Virus record (IMG/VR): IMGVR_UViG_3300037247_001029
Coordinates: 1 to 51,348 of that record
Length of the DNA: 51,348 nucleotides
From: a virus
Taxonomy: Duplodnaviria; Caudoviricetes
Reading direction: 5' to 3' (one strand)
This document shows, piece by piece, positions 25,829 through 34,258 of this stretch. Each line of letters opens with the position of its first letter. Within the stretch, counting starts at the first letter, position 1. The notes below the pieces were generated by a model. The model worked only from the letters and a program-made list of their open reading frames with translations, made no database searches and was not told the DNA's origin. The position numbers and the translations under genes were made by a program.

Positions 25829-26201
25829 GAGACGCGCCGAGTTTGTTTACAACGGGGCAAGGATAGCGGCTATTGCGAGCCTAGCTCCAATTGTTCCCGT
25901 TCCCTGGACCGAGCGGGAGATACCTTTCCAACAACAGTTCTTGAACGTGATAGTCCGGCAATGTGGCCCACAAAGGTCTAGTTCGCCAGAAGAATTACAT
26001 GGCAGTTGGATGCAAGCGTACTACGCAATGGGTTGGGTGTACGGGGATAAATACGACCGAGAGAGTAAGACGCACCCAGACCTTGTGCCATATGTGGAGC
26101 TAGGGCAACTAGAACAGGACAAGGACGCTGTATTCGTTGCTCTATGTGAGATAGCCAGGCAGTGGATTTATGAGGGAGACGCTGATGCAGACTCAGGCTG
26201 A
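25812..26201 (+). CDS. RyR-domain protein
   Basis: PEELHGSWM..GWVYG..D...KTHPDLVPY.EL..LEQDKD. Confidence 0.8.
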   Translation: MTALNERRAEFVYNGARIAAIASLAPIVPVPWTEREIPFQQQFLNVIVRQCGPQRSSSPEELHGSWMQAYYAMGWVYGDKYDRESKTHPDLVPYVELGQLEQDKDAVFVALCEIARQWIYEGDADADSG

Positions 26202-26268
26202 CCCCACAGCCCGCCTAGCCGCTCTCCGCGCGGTGGCGAAGCAGGCGGGGATGCCATGCGAATCCTAG
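26185..26268 (+). pseudogene. 27-codon chimeric remnant (start of the 30949 gene family joined to the end of the 31752 gene)
   Basis: MQTQADPTARLAALRAVAKQAGMP matches MTQTDLTARLA (30949) and LAALRAVAKQAGMP (32136). Confidence 0.6.
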
Positions 26269-26747
26269 GCGTTGATCCCTCGACGGTCGCCACCGGTTGG
26301 GGCTTCTTCGACTTCAAGGACGGCCAATACATGGGACCGCAGTCCGGTGTGCTGCGTGGGTCCCACAACGACAACATCGATGATCGGCTGCTGACGATGT
26401 TCGAGGGCATGGAGGCCGTCATCAGCGCCATGCGCCCCGACATCGTCTGTGTCGAGTCCGCCTACGTGGGCCGCAACATGAAGACGGCCATCGCCCTGGC
26501 CAGGGTTTGGGGCGCGGTCACCATCGCCGCCAAACGGGCCAAGGTCGCTACGCAGTTCTACACACCATCGGAGATACGACAGGCCGTCACGTCCTACGGT
26601 AGCTCGTCCAAGGATCAGGTCGCCCGGAGCGTCGCGGCCATCATGGGGGATCCCAACCAGGTCATCCAGGGTGACCAGGCCGACGCGTTGGCGGTCGCGG
26701 TGTGCCACGCGCGGCGCATACATGCGGTGGCGTTAGGGGAGGGCTGA
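26256..26747 (+). CDS. ruvC: Holliday junction resolvase RuvC
   Basis: MRILGVDPS..TGWG; VCVES; YTPSEIRQAVTSYGSSSKDQV; DQADALAVAVCH. Confidence 0.93.
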   Translation: MRILGVDPSTVATGWGFFDFKDGQYMGPQSGVLRGSHNDNIDDRLLTMFEGMEAVISAMRPDIVCVESAYVGRNMKTAIALARVWGAVTIAAKRAKVATQFYTPSEIRQAVTSYGSSSKDQVARSVAAIMGDPNQVIQGDQADALAVAVCHARRIHAVALGEG

Positions 26748-26748
26748 G

Positions 26749-27009
26749 ATGACCGACGAGCAGGATTGCACAGAGTGGCTAGAGGACAATGGCCAATGTG
26801 ACCTTGAGGCAGGCCATTTTCCCGAGATGCGCCACCTCCTGATCAACATCGACCACGGCATCTATTGGAAGGTGGTCTGGCCTATCGACGATTCCGATCC
26901 CGATGTAAAGCGTTACCTCGCGGTTGCCCAGGCTTATGAGGACGAGGACAACCGCCAGTTGGCCGAACAGGCCGCCGCCAGGGCTGGCAATGCCGACGGG
27001 GGGCAATGA
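26749..27009 (+). CDS. Hypothetical protein
   Basis: GGAGG RBS; CDLEAGH motif. Confidence 0.6.
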   Translation: MTDEQDCTEWLEDNGQCDLEAGHFPEMRHLLINIDHGIYWKVVWPIDDSDPDVKRYLAVAQAYEDEDNRQLAEQAAARAGNADGGQ

Positions 27010-27089
27010 TAACGCCACCGATCAAGGCGCTGCTCGTCCTGGGCACGGTGCTCCTAATCATCGGCATCGTCCTGGTGTGGGGGACATGA
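27006..27089 (+). CDS. 27-aa single-TM micro-protein
   Basis: MITPPIKALLVLGTVLLIIGIVLVWGT; ATGA overlaps at both ends. Confidence 0.55.
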   Translation: MITPPIKALLVLGTVLLIIGIVLVWGT

Positions 27090-27403
27090 AGGAACTCAGC
27101 ACCGACGTGCGGATACCGTTCCAGCCCTACTTCAAAGAGGCGATGCAGAGGGGGCAGAAGCGGGTGACATCCAGGTCTAAGCGCCTGGGCGAGGAAGGCC
27201 AGACCTTCGTGGCCTTCGACTGCCGCTTCGTCCTGGTCGGGGTCCACGAGCGACCGCTGTCCTGGGTCAGGGATTACCTGTGGTGGTACGAGGGCTGCGA
27301 GTCGCCCGATGCGTTCGTGCGGGTATGGCTGAATATCTACAAGCGGGCAGGCTGGAGGCCGGACCGACAGGTGTGGGTCCACGCCTTTGGGAGGATAGAG
27401 TGA
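27086..27403 (+). CDS. ASCH/PUA-like protein
   Basis: IPFQPYFKEAMQRGQKRVTSR..EGCESPDAFVRVW..VWVHAF. Confidence 0.7.
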   Translation: MKELSTDVRIPFQPYFKEAMQRGQKRVTSRSKRLGEEGQTFVAFDCRFVLVGVHERPLSWVRDYLWWYEGCESPDAFVRVWLNIYKRAGWRPDRQVWVHAFGRIE

Positions 27404-27702
27404 CCGATGAGCGCCGCCGATGCCTGTGCGGGGCAGCGGTACGAGTGGCCGTGAATCTGACGGACTTCGTCCAGGTTTGCAGCACTGGCGAACACGTCAC
27501 ACTGGGCCAGACCGACCCAAGGGTCTACATCTACGTCGAGAACCCAGGTGACGTGATCGATACCAAGGGCCGTTGCTGGCTGTGCGGTGGCGTGGACCCC
27601 AACGAGACGGTCACGGTCGCTCGCGAGTACCCCGATGGTCCGCAGTGTCCGGCCTACAGGACGATGGTCCACACCGGTTGTTGGCAGGACATGGAGCCAT
27701 GA
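27400..27702 (+). CDS. Hypothetical Zn-finger protein
   Basis: CLCG, CWLC, HTGC; coupled overlaps. Confidence 0.55.
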   Translation: MTDERRRCLCGAAVRVAVNLTDFVQVCSTGEHVTLGQTDPRVYIYVENPGDVIDTKGRCWLCGGVDPNETVTVAREYPDGPQCPAYRTMVHTGCWQDMEP

Positions 27703-27947
27703 AGGTGTCGTTCTACAACGCCACCTCCCTTGCCGTCTCCCCTGCCGCATTCCGCGTGATCGAACCGCCGGACAGCAATTTACTAATACAAATCTCTCGT
27801 ATCGGGGCGTTGCCACGGGCGGATGAAACGGTCATTGTCGCCGGGGCCATATGGATAGTCATGGAGGTGGTCCACCTGGTCGGGCCGGGCGACGACTACG
27901 AGGCGCGGGTGTGGTTGAGGCCTGGCGAGTGGCGAGAAGCGCCATGA
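27699..27947 (+). CDS. Hypothetical protein
   Basis: ATGA overlaps at both ends. Confidence 0.55.
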   Translation: MKVSFYNATSLAVSPAAFRVIEPPDSNLLIQISRIGALPRADETVIVAGAIWIVMEVVHLVGPGDDYEARVWLRPGEWREAP

Positions 27948-28798
27948 ATAAGACCACGATCTCCTGGACCGACTACACGTGGAACCCCGTAACGGGCTGC
28001 ACGAAGGTGAGCCCTGGCTGTGCCCACTGCTACGCCGAGGCCGTGACGCTCCGATTCAAGCGCGGGCCAGCGTTCCTGCCAGGAGTCTCTGAGGTCCAGT
28101 TACACATGAAACGCGTTTTCCAACCGTTGCGGTGGCGCAAACCAAGGATGATCTTCACCTGCTCCATGGGTGATTTATTCCATGAAGAGGTGCCCTTCGA
28201 CTTTATTGGGCGAATCTTTGTCACAATGGCTGTCGCAGAGCGGCACACCTTCCAAGTTTTGACCAAACGCCCTGACCGCATGAAGGAATGGTTCGATTGG
28301 GCGCAGCAGCACAAGGGCGACGACGGCGGTGCTTCCCCCGTGGTGCCACGGACGGCAATCAATAGCGGCCTGTGGCCACTTCCCAATGTCTGGCTCGGCG
28401 TCTCGGTCGAGAATCAGCATTGGGCGGACCGACGCATCCCGTTGCTCTTGGAGACCCCCGCGGCGGTCCGGTTCCTGAGCATCGAGCCTCTGCTGAAGCC
28501 GGTGGACTTGACGCCGTTCTTTGAACCGACCTATGCCTGCACGATGCCGACGCATGTTCTGAGCGGGAAGCACGGCCAACGGCTGGCACCGATCGACTGG
28601 ACGATAGTCGGCGGAGAAAGCGGCCCGAAGCACCGCCCGATGGACCCCGCCTGGGTCGAGGACATCCGCGACCAGTGCGTGGCCGCTGACGTGCCGCTGT
28701 TCGTGAAGCAAGACGCTGGGCCGACGCCAGGCCAGCAGGGGCGGCTGTCGGACGCGCTGTGGGCGCTGAAGGAGTTTCCGTCCGCCGCCCCAGGTTGA
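27944..28798 (+). CDS. Phage Gp37/Gp68 (DUF5131) family protein
   Basis: TISWTDYTWNPVTGCTKVSPGCAHCYA; SMGDLFH; FQVLTKRP; RFLSIEPLL; VGGESG. Confidence 0.93.
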   Translation: MNKTTISWTDYTWNPVTGCTKVSPGCAHCYAEAVTLRFKRGPAFLPGVSEVQLHMKRVFQPLRWRKPRMIFTCSMGDLFHEEVPFDFIGRIFVTMAVAERHTFQVLTKRPDRMKEWFDWAQQHKGDDGGASPVVPRTAINSGLWPLPNVWLGVSVENQHWADRRIPLLLETPAAVRFLSIEPLLKPVDLTPFFEPTYACTMPTHVLSGKHGQRLAPIDWTIVGGESGPKHRPMDPAWVEDIRDQCVAADVPLFVKQDAGPTPGQQGRLSDALWALKEFPSAAPG

Positions 28799-28844
28799 CG
28801 GCGGCTACGGGCGACGCGGTTTACCGCGCCCCCAGGAGGGCATT

Positions 28845-29228
28845 ATGCAGGTTGACACATTAGCCAGGTACCAGCCGATGGTGGATTTCATCAGGCACTA
28901 CACCCAAGAACACGGATACCCGCCAACTGTCCGCGAAATGCAGCAGGCCCTCGGTCTCTCGTCCACTTCGGTTGTCAACTACTGGATGCACATATTGCAA
29001 CGTGCCGGCCGCATCACCTGGTCGGAAGGTCACAGTCGGACGGTCCAGATCGTCGGCGACGATGTTAACGATTTGGTCATCCACCTGACTGGCGACGAGG
29101 CCAGAATGGTGCGGGAGGCGATGGGCAACGACGAGCCCAAAACCATCCTGATGCAGGTAGTCCGGGACCGACTACCCGGTTTAGTACGAACGGACCACGC
29201 CGATAGGACTAAAGTGTCTGGCGGCTAG
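28845..29228 (+). CDS. LexA-type winged-helix DNA-binding protein without peptidase domain
   Basis: FIRHYTQEHGYPPTVREMQQALGLSSTSVVNYWMHILQRAGRI..SRTV. Confidence 0.85.
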   Translation: MQVDTLARYQPMVDFIRHYTQEHGYPPTVREMQQALGLSSTSVVNYWMHILQRAGRITWSEGHSRTVQIVGDDVNDLVIHLTGDEARMVREAMGNDEPKTILMQVVRDRLPGLVRTDHADRTKVSGG

Positions 29229-29269
29229 TCTGACCGCGGGCGTAGAGTGGCTTGATGGAGGGGGAACGT

Positions 29270-29611
29270 ATGAGTCAGCGCGCCCAAATCAGGACGAGGC
29301 CGTGGACCGATGTGGAGCGCCGGGCCTTTAACTGGAATCAACGCTTTGGGCGCCCGATCAAATCGATGGCCTGTGCTAGGCGCGATCACGCGTCCTGCGG
29401 GGGCGTCACCGATGGTCCCTGTGCCTGCAACTGCCACTTTACGTGGGATGGCAAGGTCGACCTGGTCCGGTTGATCGATGGCCGTGTCGGACTATGTCTC
29501 GGGGTGCTAAAGGAACCGGAGTACAAGATGATGGTCCACCTGGGCTTCGACACCGAGATCGCAGTCGACATTGGTGAACCGGTCCTGCTGGACCAGGCGC
29601 CAGCACCATGA
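29270..29611 (+). CDS. Hypothetical Cys-rich protein
   Basis: GGAGG RBS; C..DHASC..CACNCH. Confidence 0.55.
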   Translation: MSQRAQIRTRPWTDVERRAFNWNQRFGRPIKSMACARRDHASCGGVTDGPCACNCHFTWDGKVDLVRLIDGRVGLCLGVLKEPEYKMMVHLGFDTEIAVDIGEPVLLDQAPAP

Positions 29612-29865
29612 CAGACAGGGCCGATCACGCCTGCGCCGTGGATGATTGCACCAAGCCGCTGCCGCACCACGTTCTGATGTGCCGCCCCCATTGGCGGATG
29701 GTGCCGAGACCTGTGCAGCGCGATGTGAACTCGACCTGGCGCCGGGCGTCGCGACTGCGCGACCAACCGTTACCCGACCCCGCACGCGTCCAGGCCGTCA
29801 AGGACTACCTGGCGGCCCGGCGCGCCGCAGTCGACATCGTCAATGGAAAGGAGTCCCGTGAATAA
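29608..29865 (+). CDS. Hypothetical phage Zn-binding protein
   Basis: HACAVDDC..LMCRPHWRMVP. Confidence 0.65.
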   Translation: MTDRADHACAVDDCTKPLPHHVLMCRPHWRMVPRPVQRDVNSTWRRASRLRDQPLPDPARVQAVKDYLAARRAAVDIVNGKESRE

Positions 29866-30049
29866 GCGCAGTCTATGGCCCTGGCATCGACCTGAGCGAC
29901 AGCCCAGGCGCCTGATGCTGACTCCCGCGGACTTTAAGGTCCTGGTTGGTGGTGGTGTCGTCGAGCGCGACGGGGTCGCGGTGGCGTTGCATGACATCGG
30001 CTACGGCGTCATGGCCAGTATCGTCTACCAGGTCAGCAAGGGGGCCTGA
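29858..30049 (+). CDS. Hypothetical protein
   Basis: AAGGAG RBS before GTG. Confidence 0.5.
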   Translation: MNKRSLWPWHRPERQPRRLMLTPADFKVLVGGGVVERDGVAVALHDIGYGVMASIVYQVSKGA

Positions 30050-30336
30050 TGACTGGCCACCTCGATGGCTTATTTGATCATGTGGACGGGTCTCAGGTGG
30101 GTATTGTCCTATTTACCGACGGATACCGCGATGACCCCAAGGCTCTAATAGAGTTAGCTGTGATCATCGTCCTGGACAAGCCGCTCTATTTGATCGTGCA
30201 ATATGGGTGCCTGTTGCCTGAAAAGCTACGTGCAATAGCGGATGGCGTGGTGTTCCATGATGGCACCAATGAAGGTTGGAGGCAGGCAAGCCATGAGGTC
30301 ATGGAAATGGCACGCAAACGGGGCCACCTTGTCTAA
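30049..30336 (+). CDS. Hypothetical protein, weakly nucleoside deoxyribosyltransferase/TIR-like
   Basis: IELAVIIVLDKPLYLI motif; TGATG overlap. Confidence 0.5.
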   Translation: MTGHLDGLFDHVDGSQVGIVLFTDGYRDDPKALIELAVIIVLDKPLYLIVQYGCLLPEKLRAIADGVVFHDGTNEGWRQASHEVMEMARKRGHLV

Positions 30337-30730
30337 GTCCATGTACCCGCACGACCCTAGGGACTCAGGACTGTGGCCAGACGACGGCGGAGCTCAGCAA
30401 CGGCAGCGACGAGGTCTTCGTGGCCCGGCTGCCATGCAAGGAGGGATGCCCAAAGGGCCAGGACGAAGCGATCAGCGCGGCAGGAGGGCGCGCCGACCGG
30501 GATGCCCTGGCGCACCTAGCGTCGATACGACAGGGAACAACCAGGTAAGGGGGTCAACCAGGATGACTAAACGCGTAGACAGGCTCGTGGAGATCGCAGT
30601 CGTGGGGTACATTGTGACCAGCATCACACAGGTGTTGATGGCGGGATCGTCAACGGCCCCTTGGTGGGTAGCCGGGTTCACACAGGCGATCGGCGGATGA
30701 GGTGGCGCTCTACCCGCCGTCGACACGGAC

Positions 30731-30952
30731 GTGACCGGGAAGGAGATACTGATGCAGGCCATGAATGACATAGAGTGCAAGCACCCAGAAGATAACCGTG
30801 TTTGGTCATCAGAGTGCTGCGGTGCCGGTTACGTTGATGACCTGTCTGGTGGGAGTCCCGATGGGAGCCGCCTAGGCTTCTGCGCCAAGTGTCGTGACGG
30901 CGCGGTCTTTACACTGGTCTGTAGTGACTGTATGGGGGACGTGCAGCCATGA
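30731..30952 (+). CDS. Cys-rich Zn-ribbon protein (paralog of 17340-17594)
   Basis: SECCGA..D..S..GFCAKCRDGAVF. Confidence 0.55.
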   Translation: MTGKEILMQAMNDIECKHPEDNRVWSSECCGAGYVDDLSGGSPDGSRLGFCAKCRDGAVFTLVCSDCMGDVQP

Positions 30953-31233
30953 CCCAGACTGACCTCACAGCCCGCCTGGCCACCCTGCGCCCCGAAGTCA
31001 TCGGCTTTGCCGTGATGATGGAAACCGTCCTCGTCCAGAACGACTGGAAGGGTGGCTGGCAGGACATGGAGTACGACGAAATCCTTGAGCGCATCGACCA
31101 AGAATTAGCGGAGTTGAAGGAAGCCTTCACTCCTCTCAAAACACGGTTCTGGGCCACGTCAGAACAAGAAAACGCCAAGAAGGAAGCTATCGACGTGGCC
31201 AACTTCTGCATGATGCTGGTGGACTCACTATGA
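30949..31233 (+). CDS. MazG-like all-alpha NTP pyrophosphohydrolase
   Basis: KGGW..ILERIDQELAELKEA..KEAIDVANFCMML. Confidence 0.7.
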   Translation: MTQTDLTARLATLRPEVIGFAVMMETVLVQNDWKGGWQDMEYDEILERIDQELAELKEAFTPLKTRFWATSEQENAKKEAIDVANFCMMLVDSL

Positions 31234-31667
31234 CCATCGAAACAGACCTGAAACAGCGCCTAGCCACTCTGCAAGCCACGTTGGCCGAGGCGATGAAGGC
31301 GTGCCCGGAGTGCGAGGGCACCTGTATCAGCTTAGGGGCCGTCTGTGACCTGGGCTGCCAAGGCACCGGCGAAGTCGCCATGTTCCCCGAGTTCCGGCAG
31401 GTGTGTAAGTGCCGACATCTCATGCGTTCATGCCTTTGCCCCGATAAGCAAGGTTGGCAGGTCTGCGCCGGCGACTTGGCGGACGGGCTGGCGGGGCTGA
31501 CATATGGACAGGCGGATAGGGTTTTCAAGAATCTTCGGGCTTACTATTGGAACTGGGAACCAGCATTTGAGGGTAAGAAAGCCCCCATGCCCTCCGCCCT
31601 CGAAATCCGAGTCAAGGAGCTGGAGCTGATCTGCGACGTTGCGGGACTGGAGGTGACTGATGTCTAA
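31230..31667 (+). CDS. Hypothetical Cys-rich protein
   Basis: CPECEG..CQGTG DnaJ-like Zn motifs. Confidence 0.6.
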   Translation: MTIETDLKQRLATLQATLAEAMKACPECEGTCISLGAVCDLGCQGTGEVAMFPEFRQVCKCRHLMRSCLCPDKQGWQVCAGDLADGLAGLTYGQADRVFKNLRAYYWNWEPAFEGKKAPMPSALEIRVKELELICDVAGLEVTDV

Positions 31668-31755
31668 CCATACTCACTGTTGGCAAGGCAGGACTCCGTG
31701 GCATTGGTTCAGTTGTAAAAGGTGTTGCAAATGCAAACACGAGCGCCCGATATGA
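31660..31755 (+). CDS. 31-aa Cys/His-rich micro-protein
   Basis: GGAGGT RBS; MSNHTHCW..CKRCCKCKH; ATGA overlap downstream. Confidence 0.5.
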   Translation: MSNHTHCWQGRTPWHWFSCKRCCKCKHERPI

Positions 31756-32195
31756 CCCCAATCATCGACTCCACCACCGTCGAGCAGATATGCACTTGGC
31801 TGGCAGAGCAGCCGTGCCCTGACCCTGGGTGCATCAAAGGGCTGGATAAAGGTTCCCCCTCAGTGTTTGGCTCATGTAGGTCTTGTGATGGCACCGGCCT
31901 CGCCTTCCCGTGGGCCAGCGAGGAGTGCCCACCTTGGTTCGGTGAACCTGGTAAGCCAGCATCCTGGCAGGAAGGCGGTAGCCACAAGGGGCATGACAAG
32001 TGCAACGGCTCTGGCTGCGTCCCGAAGGCGCTGGGGCTGGAGGCGCTGCTGGAGATGCAGTACATGGTTGTCATAGAGGCCTTGGCTGGAGAGTTCATTG
32101 CGTCTAGGCCACAAGATCGTCCGCCAGACTTCCTGCTGGCCGCTCTCCGTGCGGTGGCGAAGCAAGCGGGGATGCCTGATGAGCCCAACCACTGA
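31752..32195 (+). CDS. Hypothetical Cys-rich protein
   Basis: CRSCDGTG and CNGSG motifs. Confidence 0.6.
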   Translation: MTPIIDSTTVEQICTWLAEQPCPDPGCIKGLDKGSPSVFGSCRSCDGTGLAFPWASEECPPWFGEPGKPASWQEGGSHKGHDKCNGSGCVPKALGLEALLEMQYMVVIEALAGEFIASRPQDRPPDFLLAALRAVAKQAGMPDEPNH

Positions 32196-32219
32196 CGCAG
32201 CGGTCCTGGAGGTGATGAC

Positions 32220-32471
32220 ATGCCCAAGATAGACCGCCTGTGGGCGTACATCCAGGAGGACACCGGACCCGATGACGAGGGCGTGATCGGCGTGGTCCAC
32301 CCGATTGCGATGCCGCTCATCGGGGCCGACATGCAGCGCGTCGAGGCCCTGCGACCAGCAGCGCAGATGGTCGCAGACGCCACCGGCAAGCCCGTCAAGT
32401 TACTGGCCTTCAGCGTCCGCACCGAGGTCGCGGTACTGCGTCCACGCCACGGCGAAAGGAATGGACACTGA
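32220..32471 (+). CDS. Hypothetical phage protein
   Basis: GGAGGTG RBS; DEGVIG..MPLIGAD. Confidence 0.7.
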   Translation: MPKIDRLWAYIQEDTGPDDEGVIGVVHPIAMPLIGADMQRVEALRPAAQMVADATGKPVKLLAFSVRTEVAVLRPRHGERNGH

Positions 32472-33664
32472 AGACCACATCACGCCGCAACCGCATCGTC
32501 GACCACCGCATCGTCAAGGGCCGTGATCTGCTGCCCAACCCGGCCAACTGGCGTACCCACCCACCCGACCAGCGGGCCGCCACGACCGCAGTCCTGGACC
32601 GTCTTGGCTATGTCGACGAGCTGAAGGTGGTCGAGACGCCCGATGGGCTCCTGCTGATGGATGGTCACTTACGGGCCGAGATCGGGGCTGACGACGACAT
32701 CCCGGTTGCGGTTGTAGACCTGACCGAGGAGGAACAACGGGTCTTCCTGGCCACCTACGACCCGCTGGCGGCGATGGCGATCACCGACCATCCTGCCTTC
32801 GAAGCCTTGGCCGACACTATCGTCTCGGAGGACGAGACCATCATGCGCCTTCTCGAAGGGGTACGCGATCACACACCACTCCTGTTGGGCGACCTTCTTG
32901 AAAAGGACGAGGAGGCCACAGCGCGCGGGATACAGAAGATCGCAGGCGAAGGCTATAAGGCGATCGCCCAAACAGGACAGACATGGCAATTAGGGCGCCA
33001 TCGCCTTTACTGTGGTGATGCCGCGGACGTCGGCGACCTCATCGGCGACACCGACATCGCCCTGACCCTGACGGACCCGCCGTACGGTATCGGTATCGTA
33101 AAGAATATTGGTCAGACGGGACTCGGTAGTCTGCGTGGCCCTGGCCCAGGACCGCAACCACGCGCATACTTGCCAGTTACGGGCGATGATAAACACTTCG
33201 ACCCGACCGCGCTCCTAACGCTAGGAAGGAACCAAGTGATCTTTGGCGGCGCATATTTCGCCCACCGCTTATTGGAGGGTACCGCGTGGCTGTGTTGGGA
33301 CAAGGCGATGGGCGCGCATACATTTTCGGACTTTGAGTTAGCCTGGACCTCCTTCCCAGGTCGTTACCGCCTCTATCGCCATATGTGGTCAGGCATGGTC
33401 AGGGCGGGCTCCCGCGATGTGGAACTCGCCGACCGTGTACACCCAACGCAGAAGCCTGTCGCGGTCTTGGAGGCCATCCTCCGAGACTTCAGCGCCGCTG
33501 GCGATGCCATCTGCGACCCCTACATCGGCTCTGGCTCGACCCTCATCGCCTGCGAACGTACGGACCGCACCTGCTATGCCGTCGAGATCGAGCCCCGGTA
33601 CTGCGATGTCATCATCCAACGGTGGGAGGCCTATACGGGCGGCAACGCCGAGTTGCTAGGGTAG
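32468..33664 (+). CDS. ParB-like N-terminal domain + N6/N4 DNA methyltransferase, putative CTG start
   Basis: Frame is open upstream of the track start: NRIV..LLPNPANWRTHP..MDGHLR (ParB-like); WQLGRHRLYCGD, TDPPYG, HPTQKP, DPYIGSGSTLIA. Confidence 0.88.
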   Translation: MKTTSRRNRIVDHRIVKGRDLLPNPANWRTHPPDQRAATTAVLDRLGYVDELKVVETPDGLLLMDGHLRAEIGADDDIPVAVVDLTEEEQRVFLATYDPLAAMAITDHPAFEALADTIVSEDETIMRLLEGVRDHTPLLLGDLLEKDEEATARGIQKIAGEGYKAIAQTGQTWQLGRHRLYCGDAADVGDLIGDTDIALTLTDPPYGIGIVKNIGQTGLGSLRGPGPGPQPRAYLPVTGDDKHFDPTALLTLGRNQVIFGGAYFAHRLLEGTAWLCWDKAMGAHTFSDFELAWTSFPGRYRLYRHMWSGMVRAGSRDVELADRVHPTQKPVAVLEAILRDFSAAGDAICDPYIGSGSTLIACERTDRTCYAVEIEPRYCDVIIQRWEAYTGGNAELLG

Positions 33665-33724
33665 TGGCAAGTACGGTATGCTCTGGCGGCTACCTCTCAC
33701 CGCCATGAGGCCGCCAGCCCAGAG

Positions 33725-34258
33725 GTGCCAGGAGCCCGAGAGTTGCCATCGACGGACACCACGATTGCCAAGCGCGTTTCACAGCAAGAACGGCGCCACC
33801 GCGTCCTCCGACTCAAGATGGCGGGCGGTACGGACCGCGACATCGCCGAGGTCCTAGCCCGTGACCCCACACGGCCCGTCGTGGTCAGCCACACCACGGT
33901 GAACACGGACTGGCACGAGGCCCTCGATGAGCTTGCCGGGGACCTGACGTGCCAGTCCGACCAGCAGCGCATGCTGGCCAACACGCGGCTCGAACGCCTC
34001 CTCGCCGCAATCTGGCCGAAGGCCACTCAGACCAACCCGAACATCGGAGCGGTCGCCGAGGCCCGCGCCATCATCAAGGACCAGCGCGCCCTGTTCGGAC
34101 TCGACCGCGAACTCGGCGACCCTGAGCGGCCCCTGACGATACAGGAGCGTGTTAGCGTTGACTACTCCAAACTCCCCATCGAAGACCTCCTCCACCTCAA
34201 GCGCATCGCCGAAGCCAACGGCAACATCATCGACGGGGTTGGTGGCGTCATCGGCTGA
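33725..34258 (+). CDS. Terminase small subunit (HTH)
   Basis: RRHRVLRLKMAGGTDRDIA; RLERLLAAIW..IIKDQRALFGLD; directly before TerL. Confidence 0.7.
   Translation: MPGARELPSTDTTIAKRVSQQERRHRVLRLKMAGGTDRDIAEVLARDPTRPVVVSHTTVNTDWHEALDELAGDLTCQSDQQRMLANTRLERLLAAIWPKATQTNPNIGAVAEARAIIKDQRALFGLDRELGDPERPLTIQERVSVDYSKLPIEDLLHLKRIAEANGNIIDGVGGVIG

Noticed and set aside
27944-28798. DUF5131 gene as part of a DNA hypermodification system
   Set aside because: No 7-deazaguanine (folE/queCDE/dpdA) genes or three-Cys-motif partner gene seen; it is a common phage gene
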